Made by a program: the position numbers and the translations under genes. Below, piece after piece: positions 9,797 through 19,725 of a DNA stretch of 64,000 nt. How positions within the stretch are numbered: the stretch's first letter is position 1; every line of letters starts with the position of its first letter. The stretch is taken from the IMG/VR virus record IMGVR_UViG_3300025693_000001, one strand, 5' to 3'. This stretch comes from a virus. Lineage: Duplodnaviria; Heunggongvirae; Uroviricota; Caudoviricetes. The notes beneath the pieces were generated by a model. It saw only the letters and a program-made list of their open reading frames with translations. It was not told the DNA's origin and searched no databases.

Positions 9797-10246
9797 CTAT
9801 TTATGGAGGTTCGCGTTGGTAAAATAAGGATTCGGATTTAAGAAAAATTCTTGAAGGAAATAGTCGGTTGTTGCTTTGACTTGAGGCAAGTTGTATTGCA
9901 GACCGGTACCCAGTCGGGCGGTATTAATAATAGTATCGTATACGTCGGGATTCAGTTGATATGATTTGAAGTGCAAATCATTTCCAAACAGCAAGTTATC
10001 GTCCCGAATCGACGTATCAAACGGAACACCAAAATACAACTCCAGTAGATGCGAGTAAATGACAGCAACGGAATACGATTTAGCAGGGTATAGGATTTCG
10101 TGTGTAGCGTTACTAAAATAATCAATCGCGTGTTTAGCTAGTTGATCATCATCCATCTGTTTGACCGGCACATCAATGTTGACATCCGATGGATGTGGGT
10201 TCAAATGGTGGAATAGCTCCTGTCTTATTTTGTGGTCCGATACCAT
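9797..10246 (-). CDS. Hypothetical accessory protein of the radical SAM cluster
   Basis: 149 aa; overlaps the end of the upstream rSAM gene; no recognisable family motif. Confidence 0.75.
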   Translation of the reverse strand: MVSDHKIRQELFHHLNPHPSDVNIDVPVKQMDDDQLAKHAIDYFSNATHEILYPAKSYSVAVIYSHLLELYFGVPFDTSIRDDNLLFGNDLHFKSYQLNPDVYDTIINTARLGTGLQYNLPQVKATTDYFLQEFFLNPNPYFTNANLHK

Positions 10247-11163
10247 TCCAACAACCCCTTGAGTCCACTACACGATTCAACATCAAAGTTTTTAATTGGT
10301 CGCAAATGCTCACTCATGCACCTACCACGAAATTCACAATCACCACAATGTTTATTTGTATTGAATGTTAGATACTCATCCATTACCCACTTGAGGTAAT
10401 CAAACCAATCATACACTGGGAGGAAATACTCGTGGCCATTTCGATCAAATTCTAGTACAGCAAAGTCACCATCCGGTGTCACGTATATATGATCATCAGA
10501 CCAAGCATGACCCTTACCATCCAACACTCGGTTTATGTTCGATTCGGTAACAAATTCATAACCCCGTGACTCGATTGGACTTAATTCTATCCACCTGCGC
10601 ACAAATCCTTCATAATCTTTGAAAGATGTGTCATCGGTATTGGCTTGATTTGTTGAGTATGGTTTTATCTCAACAGATTGCAACTTGGGTAACGTGTTGC
10701 ACACCGATATAGCTTCCATCATTGTTGCATCGTCCCACTCAATCATTCCTTTGCTAGCCAACATAAGCACATGAAATGGTGTATCCAATGCCACCATGTT
10801 ATTCATGACTATGGTGTTTTGTTCACGTTCAGTGTAATCCCAGCTAACCGATAAATCGATATCAGGGCCTGACAACCACGCAGGAACGGTTGTTAGGTTG
10901 GTTATGACAGAAACCTTACCACTATAGTGGTTCCTGATTACATCGATGGTACCTTGTATATATTCACCGTCAAGCAATGTTATTTCACCACCATACAAAT
11001 CGACGTGGGTTATTTTCTTATATTTGGATATTTCTACCAACTTATCGTTCAGCACCGATAAGGGAAGCAACGTGGGGTCTTTTAGTTGGTCCTTGGATAA
11101 ATAACAAAACGAACAACGAAGATTACAACGCAAACAACTATTGATGGACACGGAAAATGACAA
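10225..11163 (-). CDS. Radical SAM protein with C-terminal Cys cluster (rSAM-7)
   Basis: CNLRCSFC, YGGEI, ITN, C-terminal CGDCEFRGRC...C; probable TTG start at 11163 with AGGTG Shine-Dalgarno 7 nt upstream. Confidence 0.88.
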   Translation of the reverse strand: MSFSVSINSCLRCNLRCSFCYLSKDQLKDPTLLPLSVLNDKLVEISKYKKITHVDLYGGEITLLDGEYIQGTIDVIRNHYSGKVSVITNLTTVPAWLSGPDIDLSVSWDYTEREQNTIVMNNMVALDTPFHVLMLASKGMIEWDDATMMEAISVCNTLPKLQSVEIKPYSTNQANTDDTSFKDYEGFVRRWIELSPIESRGYEFVTESNINRVLDGKGHAWSDDHIYVTPDGDFAVLEFDRNGHEYFLPVYDWFDYLKWVMDEYLTFNTNKHCGDCEFRGRCMSEHLRPIKNFDVESCSGLKGLLEWYRTTK

Positions 11164-12044
11164 ACTATTACACCTATAAATTAATTGATCCCAGATCACA
11201 CAAACCCTTTTATGTTGGAAAAGGGAAAGGATCCAGAATGTACGAACATAAAACCAACCACTCAAAAAAACGTCACAAACGGTCAAACCCAATGAAGTGC
11301 AAACGTATTAAAGATATACTGGATGCGGGATATGATATTATATATGAGAAACACGAGATGTTCAACGAGGACGACGCATATGCAATGGAGAAACGGTTAA
11401 TCGAATCACTCGGGAAGATAATAGATGGGACTGGTATCCTTACCAACATCGCTGATGGAGGCTTGGGTGGTAACCCACCAAAAACACCAGTCGATCAATA
11501 CACACTTGGTGGCGACTTAATCGCGACATACTCATCCATCATTGACGCGAGTGAGCGAACAGGGATCAACGGACCAAACATATCATCGAGTATCACAAAC
11601 AGAAACACGAAAAACAAATCAGCCGGTGGATTTGTTTGGACGTACAGAGGGGCAGCATTCGCACCCCCATCACCAAAAACAAACTGCAAAACTGTGTTTC
11701 AATTTGACACCACCGGCTCGATAACAGCGGAATACCACTCATCCGCCCAGGCATCAACAGTGTCGGGTGTTGATCGAGCTGGAATCATTAAGTGTTGTAA
11801 CAGTACCCAACGAACCGCTGGAGGGTGGCGGTGGTCGTATGATGCAGTTGCACCAAAGAACACGAGAAAAAGCGAATCATTAACGAAACGTGTTTGTAGG
11901 CTGTCCCTGTCCGGTGGTATCACGATAGAGTACGAATCACTAAAGGACGCCAGTATAGCGAATAATATTCCAGTTTCTGGCATATCAACATGCTGTCACA
12001 ATCAGACCAAGTCGAGAGGTGGGTTTCGCTGGAAATTTATTTGA
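11157..12044 (+). mobile_element. Free-standing GIY-YIG homing endonuclease with three NUMOD1-like repeats
   Basis: N-terminal YYTYKLIDP...FYVGKG...R...E...N; three repeats of V-x-Q-Y/F...Y-x-S...A...I...AGG(F/W)xW; antisense to the operon. Confidence 0.85.
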
Positions 12045-13113
12045 ATCCTGGTTTGTTGGTTGGAATTTGATTTTTGTTTGTTTCTATGATATCAGAAGCT
12101 AGACTTTTCATCAACGTACAATGATCTTCAACGATGTTTTCATCTTTCATATCTTTGATGGTTTTGCGACAACCGTTGCAGATACTAAACATTGGACACG
12201 CATAACATTCTGTTTTTAATGCGGCGAGTGATAAATCATCATCCAGTGGAGTGGCTGGCGTATCCGAAGACATTTCTTTCTCGAAGTTAATCGGTTTGTC
12301 GCGATCATCACCAAAAGCCCCACAACTATAGAAATCACCACCTGGGTTTATGGCACGGATTCCCCGATCGCAGTTACGCGATTGTGGACAAGTGGTACTA
12401 CCTTCGTACAATCGACGTACCATTTGCTTGGTGTTGTATTCCCAATCAATTAGCCCCTCATTGTATACATCCAGATATATTTTATATATTTTCGATAACT
12501 GATATGATGTCGATAAATCGCCAGAGGCCATACCGTAATTAAGTTTACACTCAACCCCCATCCGTTTTGCTAATCGAACATTATCGATTGCGGTGTCTTC
12601 GTTTTCATCAGTGATAACAGAAATGAAATCCGGTCGGTATCCGATGTGTTCAAGAAATGAATTCGACACATCCCAAAAGTCGTTCTCGGTGAATACTCTA
12701 GTTGGTGTTATCCTACGGGTATCCCCATAATTAAACGACGTGGTAACACCAACGCGTTCATGTTTAAATAACTCGATCCATGGTGTAGGGTTTTTAAGAA
12801 AAGGCCACAGATTCGATGTAAACGATAACGTAGCTGGCATATCATTCGCATCCAAAAACGCAATTATATCCCAGTAGTATTTTGGTTTAATCATCATCGG
12901 ATCACCCCCGTTTATAATGAGGGTGTTCGTTTTTGGGTATTTGCGTAAAAACGTGAAGATGTATTCCAAATCAAGAACACGGAAATGTTGGTCCGATATC
13001 ATAGTTGAACTACAGAATGTACAAGCAAAATTGCAGGCTTCCGTGGGTTTAATGATGAACTCCATTGGAGCATTATGTTCGACTATTTTTATCTGATTAA
13101 GTTTTGTTATCAC
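12037..13113 (-). CDS. Radical SAM/SPASM protein (rSAM-6)
   Basis: CNFACTFC, NGGDP, TSN; SPASM-type TCPQSRNC...GDFYSC...CYACPMFSICNGC...C. Confidence 0.92.
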   Translation of the reverse strand: MITKLNQIKIVEHNAPMEFIIKPTEACNFACTFCSSTMISDQHFRVLDLEYIFTFLRKYPKTNTLIINGGDPMMIKPKYYWDIIAFLDANDMPATLSFTSNLWPFLKNPTPWIELFKHERVGVTTSFNYGDTRRITPTRVFTENDFWDVSNSFLEHIGYRPDFISVITDENEDTAIDNVRLAKRMGVECKLNYGMASGDLSTSYQLSKIYKIYLDVYNEGLIDWEYNTKQMVRRLYEGSTTCPQSRNCDRGIRAINPGGDFYSCGAFGDDRDKPINFEKEMSSDTPATPLDDDLSLAALKTECYACPMFSICNGCRKTIKDMKDENIVEDHCTLMKSLASDIIETNKNQIPTNKPGFK

Positions 13114-14297
13114 AAAATACCTTTACTGTGTGCGAATTCATGGTGTTTTTTGTTCCCTTGAGCTATCTCATCTGCGGTGGTATATCCACCCCAGTCGTAT
13201 ATATCATACGTCAAGTTTCCCATATTCTTCGGGTACATATCAAGGACTTTTTTTGGTAACATACAATCCACGATGTCGTACTGTTTCATATAATATAGCA
13301 CGTGTCTGGATACACACGTATCCAAATAGCGACAATCCTCACACTCGGTGGTACCAGATGCATACGCATATTGGGTTTTTTTCGATTCGGTAGCCATCGC
13401 AATCAAATCATCAACCGTGTATTCACCGTCGTGTGGCACTTTAAAAGCTTCCGTCGTGTTTGCAACATTCTCATGTATGAATGGACTCAGATATACTTCA
13501 CCGTCAGACAAAATCCAATTTGAATAGTTGTGTCCACCATGAGACCAATCTGCCACAACCATTTGAATGTCTAACCGATTGGATGGGGTTACTTGACGCT
13601 CAAGCTCGTTATTCCAGTGCCGGATCATGGTTCTAACTGTTCTGGGTTCATGCGAACGAAAGAACGATGGGTTGTAATCTATGATCGTATTAAACTGGTC
13701 CATAGCCAACAACGACATAGTATGCAACGATATCCCTGTCAATTTTTGGATATTAATCTGCATCGTGTAACAGACTCTTGCAGACATAGCATCGAATAAT
13801 CGTATTTTGTGTTTGAGATCGTCCAGGTAATCTTGGTTGTCGGTATTGAATTTTTTCGGATGCACAACTACCTGAATTTCAAACTCCATATATTCGTGTG
13901 GATAATACTCATTAAACAATTCAATAAAATCTAGAATCGTTTGATCATCACACATTAGTGTGGTCGGGATGGCAAAAATAGGTTTATGCTTGGCCATAAA
14001 TTGCTGGAGTTTTGGTTCCATCAACAACTCTTTTGCATTTACAGCTCCGAAGAAGTCAACCGGCCCAATTACAAGCTCATCGAATAGCATACCCGCGTCA
14101 TTAACCTCTTGGGCCAACTTCTCGAGAAGATCCAAATCTCGTTGTGTGTATGGAGTGTTACCTTTGTTGACGAAGCAACCCCGACAGCTATGCACGCAAG
14201 TGGTCAGAAAATCTGCAGTAGCTCTGTGGGCTACTACAGGTTTTGTTGCTGTCTCTGATGTTTTTTCGTAAAGTAAATTATTTGTTATTATCGGCAC
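13110..14297 (-). CDS. Divergent radical SAM-like protein, paralogue 3 (rSAM-5)
   Basis: CVHSCRGC; GPVDFF instead of GGEP; PSFFR; C-terminal CEDCRYLDTCVSR...DC. Confidence 0.82.
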   Translation of the reverse strand: MPIITNNLLYEKTSETATKPVVAHRATADFLTTCVHSCRGCFVNKGNTPYTQRDLDLLEKLAQEVNDAGMLFDELVIGPVDFFGAVNAKELLMEPKLQQFMAKHKPIFAIPTTLMCDDQTILDFIELFNEYYPHEYMEFEIQVVVHPKKFNTDNQDYLDDLKHKIRLFDAMSARVCYTMQINIQKLTGISLHTMSLLAMDQFNTIIDYNPSFFRSHEPRTVRTMIRHWNNELERQVTPSNRLDIQMVVADWSHGGHNYSNWILSDGEVYLSPFIHENVANTTEAFKVPHDGEYTVDDLIAMATESKKTQYAYASGTTECEDCRYLDTCVSRHVLYYMKQYDIVDCMLPKKVLDMYPKNMGNLTYDIYDWGGYTTADEIAQGNKKHHEFAHSKGIL

Positions 14298-15417
14298 AAC
14301 GTTTTATGCGGGCAGTGGTTGAAGGGGTGGTGCTTGTGTTGTATAAGTCCAGAATTTCTTTTGGATATACACACTCGGTTATGTCTTTTGCTTCCATGAA
14401 ACTCAGCACATTTCTACCAACACACGTTGGTAAGTAGTGACAAGTTGTACACTCATCCGTCTTAGTCACGTACGCAAACTGTTCGGCTATTAGCCTGTGG
14501 TTTGTATCCATCACTTCATCAACGGTTGTTCCAGTTTCCATCGAAGGATAATCGAATAATATCTGTTCATATATAAACGGACTGATGAACATTTTATTTT
14601 TCTTGTAATTAACTACAATCGTATTCATCACATTGTGACTTTGATCAGCTATAGTTAGCATGATATCTTTGTAGTTTGCTTCTGAAATTGTGGCACGTAG
14701 AAACTCTTTCCACACATCCAGGTGAGCTGATATTAACTTATCATTACCCGTACGAAAGAACGATGGTAAGAATTCAATAATAGTATCAAACTGTTCACGA
14801 ACGATTTGAGTTATCTTATCGTAGTGTGTAATCATATCGACGTCATGATGCACGTTTACAGCGAATGACCAATCCACCACTTTTGGTGTTTCATGCTTGA
14901 GATAATGCAGAGCTTTGCTAAAATCTTTGTAGTATTGTTCGTCTCCACTCAACAACAAGTCAACATCCAACGGCACCAACAACTCGATAATCATATCCGA
15001 TCTGTATTTTGATGGGTCATCCAATATAGCAAAAACGGCATCCCATTGTTCTTGGTCGACTTTATGGAACATCGCAGTTGTTGTTATTCTGGTTTTGGGG
15101 TGTATGCTTAACAATTCTTGAAACTTTGGATTGTCAAGAACTTCAACAGCATTCGATGCACTGAATATATCTGTTGGCGAAATGATAACCTCGCGGAACC
15201 GTAGCCCACGTTCGTTCATGTTATGTGCTAGTGTTAATGCAGCATCCAAATCAACATCGTTGATATCGTTGCGTCGGTTTACGAAGCAACCAGGGCAAGC
15301 ATGCGCACAATCACGCAATACTTCAAGATTTAATACAAAATCCATGGTGTGATCGTCCCATCCTGCGGCAACATTGGGGGTGCTTTGTAGTGTAAATAAG
15401 TTTGGTTCAATGCTCAT
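14278..15417 (-). CDS. Divergent radical SAM-like protein, paralogue 2 (rSAM-4)
   Basis: CAHACPGC; SPTDIF; PSFFR; C-terminal CTTCHYLPTCVGR...EC. Confidence 0.82.
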   Translation of the reverse strand: MSIEPNLFTLQSTPNVAAGWDDHTMDFVLNLEVLRDCAHACPGCFVNRRNDINDVDLDAALTLAHNMNERGLRFREVIISPTDIFSASNAVEVLDNPKFQELLSIHPKTRITTTAMFHKVDQEQWDAVFAILDDPSKYRSDMIIELLVPLDVDLLLSGDEQYYKDFSKALHYLKHETPKVVDWSFAVNVHHDVDMITHYDKITQIVREQFDTIIEFLPSFFRTGNDKLISAHLDVWKEFLRATISEANYKDIMLTIADQSHNVMNTIVVNYKKNKMFISPFIYEQILFDYPSMETGTTVDEVMDTNHRLIAEQFAYVTKTDECTTCHYLPTCVGRNVLSFMEAKDITECVYPKEILDLYNTSTTPSTTARIKRCADNNK

Positions 15418-15456
15418 GTGGGTAGATTCTCCTGAAAGCTGTGGTATATGTGCGTG

Positions 15457-15464
15457 TATTTATA
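15457..15464 (-). promoter_or_regulatory. T4-type late promoter inside the rSAM cluster
   Basis: Perfect TATAAATA in the only sizeable intergenic gap of the cluster, 40 nt upstream of ATG 15417. Confidence 0.75.
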
Positions 15465-15503
15465 CTAATAGATCATCTACTATACCCAACCCATCACGAT
15501 AGG

Positions 15504-16622
15504 TCAAATATATTTGGTGCCATCCCATATGTTATCTCTCGGAACGATGCAATCTATTAGATCTCGACTCTCCATGTAAGCTATAACATTACGACCAATA
15601 CAAGACGACAACAGATTACAATGTGCACACCCTGTTGTCTGTGAGGCGTACATATACTGAGATGTGACTAACTCTCCTAGCTTTTTTGTGATATCATCTG
15701 CTGTGTGTGGTTTATCGATCTTGAATATTTCATTTGTTTGAGGTATACCATCAAACAAATACGGCATCACATACAAATCTCCATCCTTGTACGATAGGTT
15801 TATGAAGCCCTCACCACCAAAATATTTATCAAACATATTGAAACTCACGTACTCAGGTAGTGGTTCGTCTGGTGGTAATTGTGCAACTAGCATAGTTTTA
15901 AACGCAGACACCCGACGTTCCACCATGTCAGTTGAATTCGATCGAAAGAAACTTGGTATGATCCGTAATGGCACGTTAAACTCTTCGTGTATCTTTTCTG
16001 CTACCGCAAGTAACGTAGTACCATTAAACATCTGGTCGTGATAATTAACCACAAACACCACGGTATCCTTTGCAAATAAGCACAAATGTTCGGTAAGTTT
16101 ATCGATGTATTCCCGATCGTTACTCAGGTATTTCGCCAGATCAAACGCAACAAACAACTCAAAGTCTCGAGCTGCTGCATTGTTCAAATGTTTTTGCAGG
16201 GTGTGCCATCTCATCTTTAGCGTTCTGGTATCGCACATCAGGGTGGAGCTAGCACTAAGGGAGAAATTTGATGTAAGTTCATACATCAGAGGATTGTCCA
16301 TTATCTCGTCGAAATTCGTTGCTGTGAAAATATCCGTTGGTCCGATGAATACTTCTTCGCACGCCACAGACATACTTTGAAGCGTATCAGCGATTGCAAT
16401 GGCTGACGATATGTCGTCTGGAGTACATGTGTTCCGTCTGGGTATGTAACACCCAACACAATTGAAAGCGCATCCATCTAGTATGTCCAATACCAGTTCG
16501 GACCGTAGCATATCCGTGTATTGTAGTTTTGCGGGATTGTGTGGTCCGATCGTTGCGGATCCGATATCACCAATATTGACACCATCTGATAGTGTTTCTT
16601 TTTGGTAGGTGTTCATTTTCAT
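15504..16622 (-). CDS. Divergent radical SAM-like protein, paralogue 1 (rSAM-3)
   Basis: CAFNCVGC; GPTDIF; PSFFR; C-terminal CAHCNLLSSCIGR...DC. Confidence 0.82.
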   Translation of the reverse strand: MKMNTYQKETLSDGVNIGDIGSATIGPHNPAKLQYTDMLRSELVLDILDGCAFNCVGCYIPRRNTCTPDDISSAIAIADTLQSMSVACEEVFIGPTDIFTATNFDEIMDNPLMYELTSNFSLSASSTLMCDTRTLKMRWHTLQKHLNNAAARDFELFVAFDLAKYLSNDREYIDKLTEHLCLFAKDTVVFVVNYHDQMFNGTTLLAVAEKIHEEFNVPLRIIPSFFRSNSTDMVERRVSAFKTMLVAQLPPDEPLPEYVSFNMFDKYFGGEGFINLSYKDGDLYVMPYLFDGIPQTNEIFKIDKPHTADDITKKLGELVTSQYMYASQTTGCAHCNLLSSCIGRNVIAYMESRDLIDCIVPRDNIWDGTKYI

Positions 16623-17734
16623 TGGGTGGTACGTATCCCCTTTGTTGTGTAGTCAAAAAATGCACGCATGGTGCAATCACTCATGTTTCTATCTCTAATT
16701 TTCCAATCATGCTGGGTAAAACATCTAAATCCACACCGCTTGAAGTATTCACACGATAAGCAACCATGCTCATCCATAAAGTTCTGCATCATCCCAGCAT
16801 TATCGGCTTTATTGTAAGTGGTAACAAAATCGGATTGATCATATCGGTTCCATCTACAATTCGATGTTGAACCATCCGGAAATATTGTTATTTTGTTTAA
16901 CGACAAACAATGCATCTGGTTTTCGGTATTCTCGATCAGTTCTCGTATTGGTGATATCAGTGGGTAGTTATCCGCCACAAAAGTATACCAATCATATATC
17001 ATCCGATCGGATGGAATCTCATCACTAAAACCTTTATCCGGAATGTAGTCATCGAAGTACACCGGAAATGTTGCGTATAGCCACTTGAAATACTCATCAC
17101 CATCTTGCATAAAATTGGTGATGGACGATACCGTACCGACACAATTGATAGACAAGATGTATTCTGGTCCAAAAAACTTCACATTGTCTCGGTATCGATT
17201 CGACATAGGACGTCCATCAAAATCGTATGATGCAATCAGATGGGTGTCAATGTTTAATGATCGCATCCGATCGATAAGTGACTTTACCAGCTCGATTTTT
17301 TTAAACAGAAAATTACTAACCCACACGACTTTCATTGTGTGTCCATACAAATCGAATATGGGTTTCAGTTTCTGCATCAATCGCCAATATGCGTCAATTA
17401 ACTGCTCCATTTGTTGATCTTGGAATAATTCACCACCAACCACATTGATCTGCATATAGTCGACGGTATTCTGTTTCTCTTTCAGAAATTGTTCTATTGT
17501 TGGTATCTTATCAAACATATCCTCGTCCGACATACCAACAATAGAATCTTTATCATGGTGACAAAAATCACACACGATGTTGCAGTTTTCGAACAACGTT
17601 AGTTCGATTTCTCCATTAACGGGACGTTTCGTCTCTAATATTTGCTTGGTTGTATCGGATGGGACTGATGGTGTAATTCCAATTGCCGTAATATCAGCAA
17701 TTGGAATTATGGGGATAGTCTTATACTGCGTCAT
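16619..17734 (-). CDS. Radical SAM/SPASM protein (rSAM-2)
   Basis: CNIVCDFC, VGGEL, VSN; HC...PDGSTSNC...CLSCEYFKRCGFRC...C. Confidence 0.9.
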   Translation of the reverse strand: MTQYKTIPIIPIADITAIGITPSVPSDTTKQILETKRPVNGEIELTLFENCNIVCDFCHHDKDSIVGMSDEDMFDKIPTIEQFLKEKQNTVDYMQINVVGGELFQDQQMEQLIDAYWRLMQKLKPIFDLYGHTMKVVWVSNFLFKKIELVKSLIDRMRSLNIDTHLIASYDFDGRPMSNRYRDNVKFFGPEYILSINCVGTVSSITNFMQDGDEYFKWLYATFPVYFDDYIPDKGFSDEIPSDRMIYDWYTFVADNYPLISPIRELIENTENQMHCLSLNKITIFPDGSTSNCRWNRYDQSDFVTTYNKADNAGMMQNFMDEHGCLSCEYFKRCGFRCFTQHDWKIRDRNMSDCTMRAFFDYTTKGIRTTQ

Positions 17735-18494
17735 CTGGTATTGGTAGCATTGCCTGCATATCGATCATCAGTTGTTTAATCTTATCGCCCGCCACTGTAT
17801 CACCGGCGTCCATTTCAGCGGCAAGAGTTATTAACCCAGCGTAAGCGCTTTTGTCGTTGAACACGTACGAGAATATATTACCACCGTTGAACATATATTC
17901 ATCAAAATACCGCGTGTAGTATATTTGATCGGATAATGGAATGTTTGTGCATAAGTAAGCCATCAGAAAATCTTTAATAGTAAACAACTTAACAACGGAG
18001 TATCCGATCTCATCAAATTGTTCATCAGTGACAGTAGTAATTAATGTATCATGCAGTGGTCCAAATTCTTCTCCCTCACCGGCACCTAGCTTGGTTAACA
18101 TGTACAGGGGGATGGAATTAACAAATGCCATCTGTGGTATCAACAAAGAGTGATGCTGTGTTGCAAAGTCGATACACTCATCGATGGACCACAAGTGGGG
18201 ATGATCAGTATAAAACATGTCGCCATGCTTGGCTAATCCTAAAATATTCGCATGTGTAATCTTTAAGTTTTGCACTTCTGAAAATTCCTTAAGCCGCATG
18301 TACTCATCCATGAGTTCGTGCGTGATCACGTCAATGTTGCAATTCAGCCCCAAATTAGCAATGTACATTAATAGAAATTTCGGATTTGATAGATTTGCAA
18401 GTGATGCATGATAATCTATCAAATATGCCTGGTTTTTATCCTTAAAGAATTCCACCATATCGGTGGGTGTTAATGGTAATACTATTTTTTCCAC
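17721..18494 (-). CDS. Hypothetical accessory protein of the radical SAM cluster
   Basis: 257 aa, GTG start, overlaps rSAM-2 start; appears helical; no catalytic motif recognised. Confidence 0.75.
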   Translation of the reverse strand: MEKIVLPLTPTDMVEFFKDKNQAYLIDYHASLANLSNPKFLLMYIANLGLNCNIDVITHELMDEYMRLKEFSEVQNLKITHANILGLAKHGDMFYTDHPHLWSIDECIDFATQHHSLLIPQMAFVNSIPLYMLTKLGAGEGEEFGPLHDTLITTVTDEQFDEIGYSVVKLFTIKDFLMAYLCTNIPLSDQIYYTRYFDEYMFNGGNIFSYVFNDKSAYAGLITLAAEMDAGDTVAGDKIKQLMIDMQAMLPIPDDAV

Positions 18495-18510
18495 TTATGG
18501 TACCTTCGTG

Positions 18511-19725
18511 TTATTGTGTTCTTCGTTTCTTCGGTTCACTCCAAAGACTTGGAATGGTCGTAGATGCAAACTGAGAGTATGATTTAACTGAATCGATATT
18601 AGCCATCATTGCTTTTTTTGTTTTGAATTTATCAGACGTAACGATTATTTCATCGTTATCATCGACCAGTTCCCACATCCATTTATCAGCTATGTGTTTG
18701 GTTACAAACGTACCGGCAGTTTCTTCACCAGTCGGATACAATGTAGTCAATAATAATGTGTTAAATTTCTGTCCCGCTCCACTTATAAAATCGTGCTGAG
18801 AGAATGGTATAATGTTATTGATGACCAAGTCAACGTCACTCGTCTCAAACAAACGGTAGAATAAATCGTGTTCATACAAATGTCGTGGGTGTTCCTCGGG
18901 ATAATCAATATCATTCGTCACGCACAATCTAGTCCAATCTTTGATCCGTTCCAACAACACAGGGTCATTGAAGTCCAGACTCTTTGGGTTAAAGAACAAA
19001 GCTCGTAGTAGTGCATTGTTTTCGATGGCAGCGATGGCCTCACCGATGGAATCCAAAGAATCAGCACCCAAGAATGTAGCCAAGACCTTGCGATCAATAG
19101 CCATGTCGTTCCTGATATTGAGAGTGACCGCATGCACCAGACCTCGCAACATGGGTGTAGCAATTGCTGACACTTTTGTGTCGGCTATTGATTTTTCTAT
19201 GTATCCATTTTTGTACAGATACAATACATACTCCAATGGTAGGTCTTGTGGGTTATCCACCAAACCACCAACTGCCGTATACAAACCTGGTTTCAGCAAT
19301 CGGTATGCATCACCGATATCGTATGTAACAGGTCGCCCAACGAAGTAATTTTTTAACTGTTGAATGCTTAACAATTCCGTCATGTGCTCTTCAGATATTG
19401 CATACCGTACTTGCAGCTCTATCAACATCATGGCAAACAATCGAGCATAGTCATCATCACGCGATACGACTATCCATAATTTGGTTTCTGTGCTTAACCA
19501 ATTATAAAAATCGGTATCACTTCCATTGAATTCCAACGCTATCATTTCCAGATAGCTGTTGAACTGCATCACCACCCCTTTTGCGTTGGGGTTATTTGCA
19601 TCCGCTCTAATCATTTCATCAATAGGTGTATCACTCGGTGTTAACACCACTGTGCGGTGTTCACCTGATAGAACGTGAACATCCTCGGGATATGTCACAT
19701 AAATGCTGTTTCGTATATTGAACAT
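18511..19725 (-). CDS. Accessory protein with C-terminal DUF1508/YegP-like domain
   Basis: ATG 19725 overlaps the upstream stop (TAATG); C-terminal GTF...KWMWELVDDNDEIIVTSDKFKTKKAMMANIDSVK resembles the DUF1508 pattern. Confidence 0.65.
   Translation of the reverse strand: MFNIRNSIYVTYPEDVHVLSGEHRTVVLTPSDTPIDEMIRADANNPNAKGVVMQFNSYLEMIALEFNGSDTDFYNWLSTETKLWIVVSRDDDYARLFAMMLIELQVRYAISEEHMTELLSIQQLKNYFVGRPVTYDIGDAYRLLKPGLYTAVGGLVDNPQDLPLEYVLYLYKNGYIEKSIADTKVSAIATPMLRGLVHAVTLNIRNDMAIDRKVLATFLGADSLDSIGEAIAAIENNALLRALFFNPKSLDFNDPVLLERIKDWTRLCVTNDIDYPEEHPRHLYEHDLFYRLFETSDVDLVINNIIPFSQHDFISGAGQKFNTLLLTTLYPTGEETAGTFVTKHIADKWMWELVDDNDEIIVTSDKFKTKKAMMANIDSVKSYSQFASTTIPSLWSEPKKRRTQ

Noticed and set aside
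11164-12036. Group I intron interrupting an rSAM gene
   Set aside because: Both flanking rSAM genes look complete, and the nuclease ORF fills the whole interval, leaving no room for a ribozyme core.
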